Shown here piece by piece: positions 39,101-46,713 of a stretch of DNA of 64,000 bases (position 1 is the stretch's first letter; each line of letters starts with the position of its first letter). The DNA is taken from contig JAZQJV010000003.1 of assembly GCA_045541795.1 (NCBI GenBank), forward strand, positions 1,623 to 65,622, read 5' to 3'. The notes beneath the pieces are model-generated. The model was not told the DNA's origin. It did not search any database and was given only the letters and a program-made list of their open reading frames with translations. The DNA is from Patescibacteria group bacterium (lineage in GTDB: Bacteria; Patescibacteriota; Microgenomatia; UBA1400; PJMF01). A program made the translations under genes and the position numbers.

Positions 39101-42100
39101 TAGGATTGTCACCGTAGGAACAGACACCATCAGCAAGCGTACCTGCGTAGCGCCACACTTGCCAGCTAGACTCATCAATGCCGGAGTCATTGGTGCCATC
39201 GTCAGTAGCTCTAGTGAGCTGGAGATCAATAGTTTGGCTGTCACCCTTCTTGAGATAGCGGCCAGTGTAGCCGAGCGAGCCACCTTGAGGAGCTTGGTTA
39301 TCGGCGATGAGGGCGATCTGGCAAGAGTTACTCAAATCATTACCGTAGGTGAAGGTGGTAGTGGCAGGGTTGCGGCTGCCAGCGCCAGTAGACCAGGTGT
39401 AGGTACGATGGTAGACACCATTGCTGCCAGTATACGATGCTTGTGACCAGGCACTATCTGAGCCTGCCAGATCAGCATAGCCGATACCGGTGATGTTACC
39501 AGCACTGTCGTGACGGATACCGGAGATTGGTTCGTCCACGTGGATTTCCCAGTCAAAACTACTGCCGGAGGCGAAGCTATTAGCGTTGTAATAGAGTGTT
39601 GGCTTTTCGTCTATGGTGGTGGCGTACTGATAGCCGGGATTGGTACCCTCATTGATGATACAAGTAAGGCTAGGATTCTCCTCGTCCACGTGATTTGCGG
39701 GAGAGGTGCAGGTGGCAGTCTTGCCGGCGCGATCGGTGACAGTGACGGTACAAGTGGCGCCGTCTACCGCATCAGCAGTACAAGTGAAGCCGGGAGTGGT
39801 GCCACCATCTGGCAGTGTGCCGTAAGAAGCAGCGTCATCCACACCTGAGTAGGCGTCAGCATAAGTCTTGAGTCTAAAGGCTTGCTGGGCGGCAGTACTC
39901 TTGTAAGGATATATTTCTACCGGTTCCCAGTCAGCGGGATCATTGCTACAGGTGGGCGCAGTGCGGTCGATAGCGACTTCACACACGCTGGAGCGGGTGA
40001 CATTGCCGACATGATCCTCAGATACCAGGCGGTAGGCATAACAGGCGCCATCAGAGGTTGTTTGCGTGTAGCGATCTACACTGCCGCCAGTGCCGTCAAT
40101 CTTGGTGTAGGCGGCGTCAGCCGAACTGACGGTATTGCCGGCGTCGTAGTAGCAGCCGCCGTCAGCATTATTGAGGTGGCCCACGGCGCGCTCGATATAA
40201 GTGAGACTATCGTCCACGGTAGAGAGCGCATCTGTGCCGTAGCTACCGATGACTGTGAAGTCGGCGACATCTAAGTAACTGCCAGCGCTACCGGGACAGG
40301 TGGTAAAGGCTACGCCAGTAGGACCATCGCCGTCAAAGGTGAGATTAAATGAGGTGGGCGCGGTGACGCTAGAGTTGGTGACAGCATTAATACTCACACC
40401 AGCGACTGAGGAGCCATTTGTCGGGAGCGCGTAGGTGTAGTAGTAGTGATTAGAGCCAGCATTGGTGCCAACATTGTAGGCAGTCTTTGCGAGGTTTTGG
40501 AAGTTGACATAGTTAATACCGGCGACATTATCAATCGCTTCCACGGTGACGTCGATGTTGGCGGCAGACGGATTGCGGCCGTAGTAGATGGTGCTGACAC
40601 TATCCCAGTAGACTTGGTCGACATCAGATACTGAGTAAAGATTGTTGCTCGGCACTGAGGTGGAGACCTTGATACTATTGCTCGTGGTGAAGATGGACTG
40701 ATTGCCCACCTGGTCGGTGACCACAAAGCGGTACTGATAGCAGGTGCCGTCTGCGAGTGTATCCGTCACACTAATGTTGCCGGTCATGCTGGAGAAGTCA
40801 CGAACCCAATTGCCGGCGCCAGAATAATCCTGAGCCGGAGTGGTCCAAGCTGAGGAGCTGTAGTCACAGTTGCCGCTGCTCAAGGTGGCAGTGCGGCGCT
40901 GGATGGTGAAGGTCTTGATACCAGCCTTGTCATCACTAAATTGACCGACATTCACACCGAGGTTGACTGATTGGCTACCAGTGGTGCTGGTGTAGCTATC
41001 GGCATAACCCGGAGCAACACCAGTAGGTGCGGTGTGATCTTCATAGACCGTCACCAAGCACTGAGCGGAAGGAGTTTCGGCGACAGGATCATTGATGTTC
41101 CAATAGATCTTATTAGCAGCGTCTACTTCTGATCCAGTGGTAGAGGTATTCCAGTTGTATGTGCGGCCAAAGATGCGTGGTGCTGAGGGGCTAAGCGGTG
41201 AGGGACGATCCACGATGTAGGCGGCATTGGAGACGAGCTGTGGATAACTGATACGGTCGACACCGCCGGCGGGCATGCCGCTGATCGTATTGGTGAGGAC
41301 AAATGAACCGCCGCCAGTGGTAAATTCGGTGCTGCTGCCAGAAGTGCTGGCGACATAAGGATTGTAGTAGAGCACTGAGTCGCTGGAGCGGTAGTAGTTG
41401 TAGTAGGTGACGCCGCTAATGGCGCTAGTGTAACTGTCACCCGTGAGACTGCCGATAGTACAGCTGAGGGTGTAGCTGTTGGCGTCTACGGTATTGAGTG
41501 GAGAGCGACAAACAGTGGTATTACCGGCGTTATCAGCGATCGTGAGGTCAGCGTAGCCATCGCCGCCGCCAGTGGTGGTCGGTATCGTAGTGGACTGACT
41601 GCTGGTAGCCGTGGTGATGCCAGAGCCGCCTTGATCAGTGTTGCTGGCGAGCGTAGCGTTGTAAGCATAACCTGAATTCCATGGTAAGGAGATGGCGCCC
41701 GATTGAGTGTGACTGGTGATGCTAGTATTATTACTAGCGTAAGTCTGACTCCAGCTATTGAGACTCACCGTCCAGGTACCACAGACCGGATCAGTGGTGT
41801 CTACTTTGATGAAATTGGCTGACGCTACTGAGCCTTCATTACCGACGTTATCCGAGACACGGATTTGATATTGGTAACATTTACCAGTGGTCTGGGGGAC
41901 GATGACGCTGACACCATTAATTTGGCCGGCAGAGTTGGTCCAGCTCACGCGCGAGGTATCTGTCACTTGAGTATAGGCGCCCATAGCGGTACAGTTGCCG
42001 TCACTGAGTGTGCCGACACTTTCATAGAGAGCCCAGCTGTTTTCGTTTATACCGCTGCGATCATCGGTGGCAGTGGAGCGATTGAGTGACAAATTGACAG

Positions 42101-43856
42101 TATAGCTGGAGTCTTGATTGAGGTAGGCGGTGGTATAGCCAAGTGAGAAACCAGTGGGCGCGGCAGCGTCAGCGTAGAATGTGAGATCAGAGCAGACCGC
42201 ATTTTGGCCGCTGCCGCTGGTAAGGGTGACTTGTGGATTAGCATCTGTACTGGCACCGCTTGTCCAGCTGTAGGCCGAAGTGAAGAGCTGATCGTCGCTG
42301 GTGGCGGAGATTACTGATGGCGTATTTGTCCAGACATTAGCACTGCCGTCTACGTCGGCAAAACTAGCTTGCGCAAGAGATGAAGGTAAGCTGGTGACCG
42401 AGCTTGCCAGCTGTGCTTTGACATCGACGATACCAGCTGTACCGGACTTATAGTAGCCGGTGGTACCGGCGGCAGACGGCAGGTAGACATTACTGCCGGT
42501 ATTAGTGTTGGCCGAGAGATAGCAGACAGGCGTGGGCGCGGTGGTATCTACACGGTTAAATGGCGAGCGACACTCGATGGAGTTGCCAGCATTATCATAG
42601 ATGGTGACGGTACAGGACGAACCGTGAGCACCAGCAATATTGCTGGAGCAGGCGTAGGAATTACTAGCGAGACCCGACTCACCGACATCATATGTAGAGT
42701 CGAGGGTCATCGTGGCGGGATAACTGACGCCGAGATTCCATGGAAGTACGCTGACGCCGCTAGTGCTAATGGTATCGCTGGAGGCGTTGGATTTGTAAGC
42801 CACGGTGTTGACCGTCCACGGACTCTGACTGGCAGTGCCGCAATTGGGATTTGTCCAGTCGATGATGAGTTGATTATTGAAGGAAGCGTAGCCAGGTGTA
42901 TTTGAGTACAAATTGTTATCAACAATTTTTATTTCTACATAACCAGCAAGACTGTCAGTGCCAGATTCTGGTTGCACGCTGTAAATACCTTCATCCAGGC
43001 CGGCGGCCAACACTTCCGCATACGTGAAATTTAGGCTCCAAGCAGCCGCTGTGCCATTACTAAGGTTACTGAGGGTCTTGGTGATGGTGTGATTATTTTT
43101 GTCGGTGAGGGTGACGGTGATAGTAAGGGTCTGATTGGTGTCGCCGTCGGTATAGGTACCGGCAAACGTAGCACCGCTAGTTTTGTTTAAAATCAAATCA
43201 CTGCTGTTGACGGTGATAGTCGGATCAGTATTACAGTCTGTGGTGAGTGTGTAAGGATTGTCTACAGTACCCAGTCCGTCACCGCCGTTGACCACGCATA
43301 AATTAGAACATTCATCGTCGACACAGTTGAGTTCGATGACGGGATAAGCATCAAGATCGCTGGTGGCGGCCACGGCGGTGCTCGCATCGCCGCTAGAATA
43401 GTTGATCTGATAGAGATTATTGCCGTTGGCAGTTCCCGTCCACGCATTGGTAGTATTGGGTAAGTAGTTATTGCCATAGCTTGTAGTGCCAGAATTGATA
43501 CCGGTCTTATAACTTTCTTTACCAGCATTCCATTCTGACTGAGTGACGAGGCGCATGTAACTGGGATAAGTGCTACAGTTGTCTAGTTTTTTGACCCAGT
43601 TGGCGTAGTCAGAACCGAGGGCGGTCTGCAAATAACCGGTGGAAGTACTATTATTAAGTGATTGCTGGAGCGTAGAACCGCACCACGTAGAACTTGCGGA
43701 AGAGTTGTATTGGACTGCTTGTGCACGTCTCGTGCCGGAAACACTGAGCGTCAGGATTGCCAAAGCGATTACCAAACGTGTAAATAGTGATTCTGCTAGT
43801 CTGCCAATTTTTGCTTTCATACTTTTTAGTTTCTGCGTATCTTTTAATACGTGCAA
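30132..43856 (-). CDS. Giant secreted Thr/Ser/Cys-rich repetitive surface protein (4574 aa; start may be 43820)
   Basis: Signal peptide ending AQA; ten D.T.P.CG.W-type modules and repeated CY.YR..V.D.VGN Ig-like modules. Confidence 0.92.
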   Translation of the reverse strand: MHVLKDTQKLKSMKAKIGRLAESLFTRLVIALAILTLSVSGTRRAQAVQYNSSASSTWCGSTLQQSLNNSTSTGYLQTALGSDYANWVKKLDNCSTYPSYMRLVTQSEWNAGKESYKTGINSGTTSYGNNYLPNTTNAWTGTANGNNLYQINYSSGDASTAVAATSDLDAYPVIELNCVDDECSNLCVVNGGDGLGTVDNPYTLTTDCNTDPTITVNSSDLILNKTSGATFAGTYTDGDTNQTLTITVTLTDKNNHTITKTLSNLSNGTAAAWSLNFTYAEVLAAGLDEGIYSVQPESGTDSLAGYVEIKIVDNNLYSNTPGYASFNNQLIIDWTNPNCGTASQSPWTVNTVAYKSNASSDTISTSGVSVLPWNLGVSYPATMTLDSTYDVGESGLASNSYACSSNIAGAHGSSCTVTIYDNAGNSIECRSPFNRVDTTAPTPVCYLSANTNTGSNVYLPSAAGTTGYYKSGTAGIVDVKAQLASSVTSLPSSLAQASFADVDGSANVWTNTPSVISATSDDQLFTSAYSWTSGASTDANPQVTLTSGSGQNAVCSDLTFYADAAAPTGFSLGYTTAYLNQDSSYTVNLSLNRSTATDDRSGINENSWALYESVGTLSDGNCTAMGAYTQVTDTSRVSWTNSAGQINGVSVIVPQTTGKCYQYQIRVSDNVGNEGSVASANFIKVDTTDPVCGTWTVSLNSWSQTYASNNTSITSHTQSGAISLPWNSGYAYNATLASNTDQGGSGITTATSSQSTTIPTTTGGGDGYADLTIADNAGNTTVCRSPLNTVDANSYTLSCTIGSLTGDSYTSAISGVTYYNYYRSSDSVLYYNPYVASTSGSSTEFTTGGGSFVLTNTISGMPAGGVDRISYPQLVSNAAYIVDRPSPLSPSAPRIFGRTYNWNTSTTGSEVDAANKIYWNINDPVAETPSAQCLVTVYEDHTAPTGVAPGYADSYTSTTGSQSVNLGVNVGQFSDDKAGIKTFTIQRRTATLSSGNCDYSSSAWTTPAQDYSGAGNWVRDFSSMTGNISVTDTLADGTCYQYRFVVTDQVGNQSIFTTSNSIKVSTSVPSNNLYSVSDVDQVYWDSVSTIYYGRNPSAANIDVTVEAIDNVAGINYVNFQNLAKTAYNVGTNAGSNHYYYTYALPTNGSSVAGVSINAVTNSSVTAPTSFNLTFDGDGPTGVAFTTCPGSAGSYLDVADFTVIGSYGTDALSTVDDSLTYIERAVGHLNNADGGCYYDAGNTVSSADAAYTKIDGTGGSVDRYTQTTSDGACYAYRLVSEDHVGNVTRSSVCEVAIDRTAPTCSNDPADWEPVEIYPYKSTAAQQAFRLKTYADAYSGVDDAASYGTLPDGGTTPGFTCTADAVDGATCTVTVTDRAGKTATCTSPANHVDEENPSLTCIINEGTNPGYQYATTIDEKPTLYYNANSFASGSSFDWEIHVDEPISGIRHDSAGNITGIGYADLAGSDSAWSQASYTGSNGVYHRTYTWSTGAGSRNPATTTFTYGNDLSNSCQIALIADNQAPQGGSLGYTGRYLKKGDSQTIDLQLTRATDDGTNDSGIDESSWQVWRYAGTLADGVCSYGDNPTPTQITPTQTFTAGVLTNLTATDILASGRCYKYELRVSDLVGNQAVFPANIADAAEIKVDTTAPVCGTDWDPAAGTDSWDVAPEVFKLYYNDGADHAAAGSYDTYSGVESVAGYEVCTAAAVYGATCDVTISDRAGNTTTCTSPINRVDNGEPTLACTITLDSGANALLVGNSTVYYNPSRGVGNFYLNAANVSSSESGVDSVEFPALADTAAETVTPTTAGQSSFTKTYNWTTTNNTQLYNQPVTMNFNNDVVLTCQVSAVADSQAPTGPDLGYLTQVTNKAGSNIEVSLGTAKSQITDAGVGINNWIFQYERVALGENDSCPFAGDYTDAADTHFTNISDAIADADLPDGTLTVNMNITDSSCYRYRVLVTDKLGNVGVISTANYYIVDSGRPSIAISNVSQPSGVYFDNVDTIYYAKPTVSTALILTADASAGEGYAISNVAFQDLTGEGTSSDTDSPYMRTYTLPVGSTTSYADRAITAYTNSEPVSSANTHFNVTYDGAGPSDVAFTTCPSTTSEYLTANSFAIKGSYGSDALSGLDLTSSFIEGQSGTFTNGACSYSGDYTRVSDYAATDYSVAGATDGCYRYRLVAADNVGNLTRSAVCEVKVDLTDPVCGTWEPEEVTVWNRANVGQRFVLSDSTDTTSGINVAGGECTTGVANGDTCTITISDNAGRTSVCRSPINKVDTNIYDLTCSLPADIAGDYWYPTMRASKPTLYFNPSSAASGTWRLTASMSQSPSSGYRTPLTFSAIAGGWTSSNYTESGLDIYQDYTWTTAGATGNANTTVDITYGNGQAAQCTVAVLADSASPVGSSLDYGTVYVGQDTAKTIDLKLTRGRDLASGIDETSWSVYKSVGTLAGDTCSDYSSFTAVPASELQYTTVNDQVTGISIAIDQDADYASGRCYKFQLRVSDMVGNTASVTSSGEVKIDLTAPNCGATWQPDPSPWKNTAVGQTFELLDSIDALTTMSASYYSCTTEASSSATCWVDIADVAGNTARCQSPANRIDLANPDVTCGLVSGTGTQYLISDKNLLYYNPAKGSGTFRVVATADEQPRSGIAYAYFPALAGSNEHYATQSASVTTPTVFTRDYAWSSTSTRSSENELVWVTYGNYNSNTCSVSVIADSTAPAGSAPKYKNIKYGIPGARDVKLGITAADFADDGAGLATLEIQRIKGTLGTDNVCTDWQDWGSSDMVSFGANDYTSYGSGIMSVNDDLQDMSCYRYRVVATDRVDNVSIFTAENVIMVNSNLPEIYITSVTPTADDIYYFDEASTIYYGPNSNARGAQVTTTARTNSTAVGAGITQVLYENFDRTSSTRYTYPTPTTPTYQDHFYEFTGLTSTMTDMILQAVNTTDDTNEAYFDVIYDSEGPQDVAFTACPSGWQATDNFTIAGSYGTDRLSGNDNTSENGSHIERAVVPLLANGTCDTASAVFAPVGSVGDTTYQETDASEACYIYRLVARDHVRNETSATCTVKVDLNNPTCGSWTPAEVNPWNTSGGQTFILAGSSDSGSGIKVSGGECATGDKTGDTCTVSIYDHAGRMSVCTSPVNKVDGDTPELTCTITEGTAPQYQYATTVGTLPTLYYNNGEASSGASINGSFLLGVKLDEPSSHITSKQFPVLAEGWTAGSQTSASGHYTQAYSWVQGAAGSERASVKFAYGNGTSGQCNVAIIPDHTAPVDGSLGYATAYINQASTHTVNLGLTRPTDSGSGIDEDSWTVWRSEGTLSGGTCSAYGAYSEVSAGLTTTDGKVTAIATTDTLESGKCYRFQVRVSDNVGNIATIASPNEIKVDTTAPVCGTTWDPAQVPWKNTAANQTFTLYGSTDTGSGIGASSFTCSTVNAIDGETCDVTIYDQAGNTATCTSPTNNIDDEVAALTCQVSPVSGTSYLPDDSTIYYNPSLSAGNFTVRTTAASVPSSGIAKVNFPALAANTAAESSRSATGNPRVYERNYTWDTTTRRDDSNSSVTMTFGNNNTSSCQVSAIADPDNPIAPASLTYATGVTNRAGSRELALGLGKSSVTDSGSGIKSWTIQRATGVATYTGDGTGDVSVADYTCNYECSEAEGCSDYATINTYDDAYLTADAIVANDTLVDGKCYRYRVLVTDNVSNTAVITSTNSFIVDTNVPEISIDSITSTSENFYYDGATTAYYAPTSGSNVTVLATATGGSSGTISSTAFQNLNDATTVAGIPGADINTYYRVYYLNDSNKTVYADRLALANNGLRAASTDFTLVYDDQAPAGRITTCPAGAQNSSSFSIKVDYGADPESTVSGITYSGSGLDTASSYLVQQIGTLAGGACSYPADLTADCADTSDSCSIVATGGVTNHAVSGAATNTCYRYLLVSTDKVGNQATTTSTASGDTCQIAIDLEAPTCGSWDPAEVNPWRTSGGQPFTLVGSSDAGSGLSSGLVTTCTTAATTGSTCSVTLTDRAGNTKVCQSPENKVDPATPALTCTLTPVTNTDYQHQAGSDTLYYSSYDYAASTGRTGSFQLTTQLAEPDSGITSVYYPPFNANWSLTPAGTGTHEGGAGTYTKTYAWAEAAESTGSGTIVYTYGNGTTASCRINVINDQTAPSFSLGYTDQYVTNNGAINLQLTGVSDTQSGINDSTWRVERIMGTTVTTGNTSSCDLTGAAYEDTAFTYSAGTLTATANMTNGHCYRYRVSVADNVANITTVTSTQTVYANFEAPVCGTWTPADPVDWKSVSNQQLFVLTDSDGGVSGMAQDSYSCTAVAVHGATCQVTITNNVGVSTTCTSPANRIDLAAPTLEVTPAVPGWTSTRQNIDVTAVDTLSGLARIAYAWNENSLGDSCTGGTTIASGSNIGITIDEGQHTLYVCAVDNVGHVSTFTDTYYYASMPSYIDLIDNVADGELTWNVRLVPTNDDILIEGYIPAMSVPKNFTITLAINGTSIVKTIDVSTIAGEQTGFTFAIPVEEFGLTLTNYTFPGPHTVTIRDNDSGMSVTKNYNISFYFPIYNTLHRANSSAYMYADNPDLNP

Positions 43857-44059
43857 TCATTTTAACACGTCAGCGTCCATTTTGCAACACCATTTTGGGG
43901 CAATTTCCGCCTGGTAGGCAAACTGGCCTACAAGTAAATTGTAAGTTACAATGTGAGTGACATTTTAAGTTTTTTTTGCTACCGTACTACTTTGTCCAAA
44001 TCATTCTTCACTAGTGCACACCGTTTCCGAATACAATTTCTTGTGGTATAATCGGGCGT

Positions 44060-45421
44060 ATGACAAATTTCTGCACTAAATTGCAACTGCGCGCGAAAAT
44101 TTTATGGCTTCGTTTGGATATTTTCGCGCGCACTCACTACTATTCATTTTGGTTACTGCTTTTTATTTTCTTGCGGCTTACAGTAATTTTTTTACCTGGC
44201 CCCGACTACAGTGATGTCACTCATTACTATGAGCGCTATGCCAATATTTGGCATTACGGCAATCCGCCGTATACGCACTGGGTTTTTGAATACGGGCCGT
44301 TGGCCGCACTCGTGATTTATCTGCCGCTTTTGGCGGATTTAATGGGGGCGGGAGCCTACTACGTCAATTATAAATTACTCAGTTTTCTTTTTGAGTTGGG
44401 GATGTTTATGGGCCTCACCTGGTATAATGACAAGCGTAAAAATGCCGAGACATGGCCGCTTTTGCTCTATTTGATGCTGACGACGTGCGCCAAAAATTGG
44501 TTGTATGAAGGTATCGACATGATTTTTTGCAGTTTGGCCGTGGGCGGGATTTTAGTTTTAGCGAGCACACATAAATGGAAGAAGATTTTTAGTTGGATTT
44601 TGTTGTGGGCGTCGACAGCGGTGAAATTTTTGACGCTACCGCTGATCGCGCCATTTTACTTAATTACCAGAGGAAAATGGCGTGAAAGTTTACTCACTTT
44701 TACCCTTACTTTTTTACTCATTTGGGGCGGGCCACTAGCCTATTACCGCTCAAGTTTGAGTGTGCCTTTCATTTATAATAGTGGCCGCACGATCAAATAC
44801 AACACCATCACTCATTTAATACTGCGTACGCTCAACAATATCACGCACACAGAAGTGCAGTCGCAGGAAGCGCCGGATTATTCTTTCCAAGGACCGGCCA
44901 GTAGCATGGCAGCAAAAGTTTTAACTCTGCTCTACCCGATCAGTTTACTGGTGATTTTGCTGGCGCAGCTGCTGATAATCTATCACAGCGAGACAGGAAA
45001 ATGGCTGGATAAACCGGGTAAAATGTGGAGCTGGCTGTGGCGAGCGAGCCATCTGAGTGACGCTGATAAAGTTCAGCTGGCAGCATGGTGTTATTTTAGT
45101 TATTTTATGGTGAGCTTTTTTACGGCCAAGATTTTTTCTAATCCTTTTTGTCTGTGGATGCTGCCACTGATCGTCATTTTGGATTGGCGGGAAGAAAAAT
45201 GTCGGCGGCAATTTGTTTTTTGGCTGAGCATGTGGGCGATTTTGGAGCTGACGCCATTTTTGACGGCGAGCTTTTGGCGGTTGCAAAGTTTTGCTTGGTT
45301 CCGCTTTGAGCTTTTTGAAGTCAGCTACGGCTGGGTAAAGTGGCTGTGTGTAGCGGCAACGGCGTGGTGTGGGATGCGAGAAATGATAAGCTGTACAAAT
45401 ATAGTTACTAAGGTGGAATAA
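44060..45421 (+). CDS. Polytopic membrane glycosyltransferase, GT-C (GT87-like)
   Basis: SDV..Y..YA, PY....FEYGPLA, K..(T/P)L, KIFS.PF..W; many TM helices. Confidence 0.7.
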   Translation: MTNFCTKLQLRAKILWLRLDIFARTHYYSFWLLLFIFLRLTVIFLPGPDYSDVTHYYERYANIWHYGNPPYTHWVFEYGPLAALVIYLPLLADLMGAGAYYVNYKLLSFLFELGMFMGLTWYNDKRKNAETWPLLLYLMLTTCAKNWLYEGIDMIFCSLAVGGILVLASTHKWKKIFSWILLWASTAVKFLTLPLIAPFYLITRGKWRESLLTFTLTFLLIWGGPLAYYRSSLSVPFIYNSGRTIKYNTITHLILRTLNNITHTEVQSQEAPDYSFQGPASSMAAKVLTLLYPISLLVILLAQLLIIYHSETGKWLDKPGKMWSWLWRASHLSDADKVQLAAWCYFSYFMVSFFTAKIFSNPFCLWMLPLIVILDWREEKCRRQFVFWLSMWAILELTPFLTASFWRLQSFAWFRFELFEVSYGWVKWLCVAATAWCGMREMISCTNIVTKVE

Positions 45422-45426
45422 TCTTT

Positions 45427-45914
45427 TTCCTTCCCTATATAGGGAAGGGGGACCAACTCGTGAGAGTTGGTGGAAAGGTACCAATGATTGTTTACGACTA
45501 TACTCGAAATAAATCAAGCCTTCTCTATCACAGGAAAGCACTACGTCATCATTCAACTGTATGCGAATGTTTATTGTGGAGAAAATTAAAAGGAAGACAA
45601 TTACATGGTTACAAATTTCGAAGGCAGTACAGTTTAGAAAATTGCATATTTGACTTTTACTGTCCACAATTAAAACTGGCTATTGAACTTGATGGAGCTC
45701 CGCACTTTTTTAAGGAAAAATACATTCAGGATCGCAAACGCGATGCTTATTTTCTCAGTAATTATAATATAAGTACTCTCAGGTATGAAAATTGGCAAAT
45801 ATTAAGCGAAATAGACATCGTCATTAATGATATCTACAAACACATTCAGTTGATTGAATGTACCTCTCCACCGTCCGCAAGCGGACTGTCCCCCTCTCCT
45901 ATGTAGGAGAGGAT
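45427..45914. mobile_element. DUF559 gene flanked by inverted 54-bp REP-like double hairpins (45427-45480, 45861-45914)
   Basis: Same length and architecture in inverted orientation, with compensatory stem changes. Confidence 0.75.
45484..45906 (+). CDS. DUF559/Vsr-like endonuclease
   Basis: LR...T..E..LW..L...QL.GYKFRRQ, DFYC...KLAIELDG..H, D..RD. Confidence 0.93.
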   Translation: MIVYDYTRNKSSLLYHRKALRHHSTVCECLLWRKLKGRQLHGYKFRRQYSLENCIFDFYCPQLKLAIELDGAPHFFKEKYIQDRKRDAYFLSNYNISTLRYENWQILSEIDIVINDIYKHIQLIECTSPPSASGLSPSPM

Positions 45915-45944
45915 AGGATTACGTTTTATCGTTTTTCTGCTGGC

Positions 45945-45970
45945 AAAAACCCCGCCAAGGCGGGGTAAAA
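45945..45970 (-). terminator. Intrinsic terminator
   Basis: ACCCCGCC-TT-GGCGGGGT followed by a T run on the minus strand. Confidence 0.65.
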
Positions 45971-45986
45971 CATTTCGTCTTACAAA

Positions 45987-46619
45987 TTACTGCGTGATTT
46001 CGGGAGCGACAGGCTTTTCAGCGACGCTGTCGTCACTGTGAGTGCCGTTTGCTCGGGCAGTGGGCGTTCTTCGCCGGCGCGGCAGCTCTACCATATAGTA
46101 GCTGCGCGGCTGGATAATCCACGCCAAAAGAAACAGCCCAGCGATCACAAAAAATGACAGCATTGAGATGTCTGGGATCATAACAGCAAGTACACTGCCG
46201 TCTTCTCCCAGCTTGATTTTGCAGTTGAGTAGGAAGAAGAACCAAATCCCGTGTGCCAAGACCTTCAAAACTAATGCGCCCAGATCCAGGACATCGCACC
46301 AAAAAATATGCGACGTGAGATAGACCCGCTCCACGTGGTGGCGGGAAAGCGCATAGGTGATGATACCGAGTGCCAGCAAACTGATCGCTGTCAGCTGTAA
46401 ATGCAGCGTCGGCACGCCAGCGAAGAAATTGACGATGAAGAAGATTTCACCATCTTGCACGCAGGCATCCAGCGCTAGCAAGCTCGCAACAAACCAGATA
46501 ACTGCCAACGTAAGCCGAGATAACAGACACATTAAACCTTTGAAACAATAAACCATTATAACGCAACTCCTTTGTGAGTGATTTTTGGCCGCAGCACGAG
46601 TAAAAAGACAAAATGTCAA
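45987..46619 (-). CDS. Hypothetical membrane protein (about 4 TM; start uncertain)
   Basis: Hydrophobic segments; terminator directly downstream. Confidence 0.6.
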   Translation of the reverse strand: MTFCLFTRAAAKNHSQRSCVIMVYCFKGLMCLLSRLTLAVIWFVASLLALDACVQDGEIFFIVNFFAGVPTLHLQLTAISLLALGIITYALSRHHVERVYLTSHIFWCDVLDLGALVLKVLAHGIWFFFLLNCKIKLGEDGSVLAVMIPDISMLSFFVIAGLFLLAWIIQPRSYYMVELPRRRRTPTARANGTHSDDSVAEKPVAPEITQ

Positions 46620-46713
46620 AGAACTCGGTCCGCAGACCGTACCGCCAGCCGTTTGCTTTCAAAACGGTAGCAATATAGTGTTTATTATATCATTAATCAG
46701 TGCTTTTGTCAAG

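Noticed and set aside
30132-43856. Giant protein as a second DGR target
   Set aside because: I could not see a TR-like segment (e.g. SVRC end or the TR nucleotide sequence) in it by eye; BLASTn would be needed to exclude weak matches.
30186-43917. Many plus-strand and alternate-frame ORFs overlapping the giant gene (similarly over argS, RT, guaB and dnaA)
   Set aside because: Shadow ORFs from codon bias; they overlap well-supported genes and carry no motifs.
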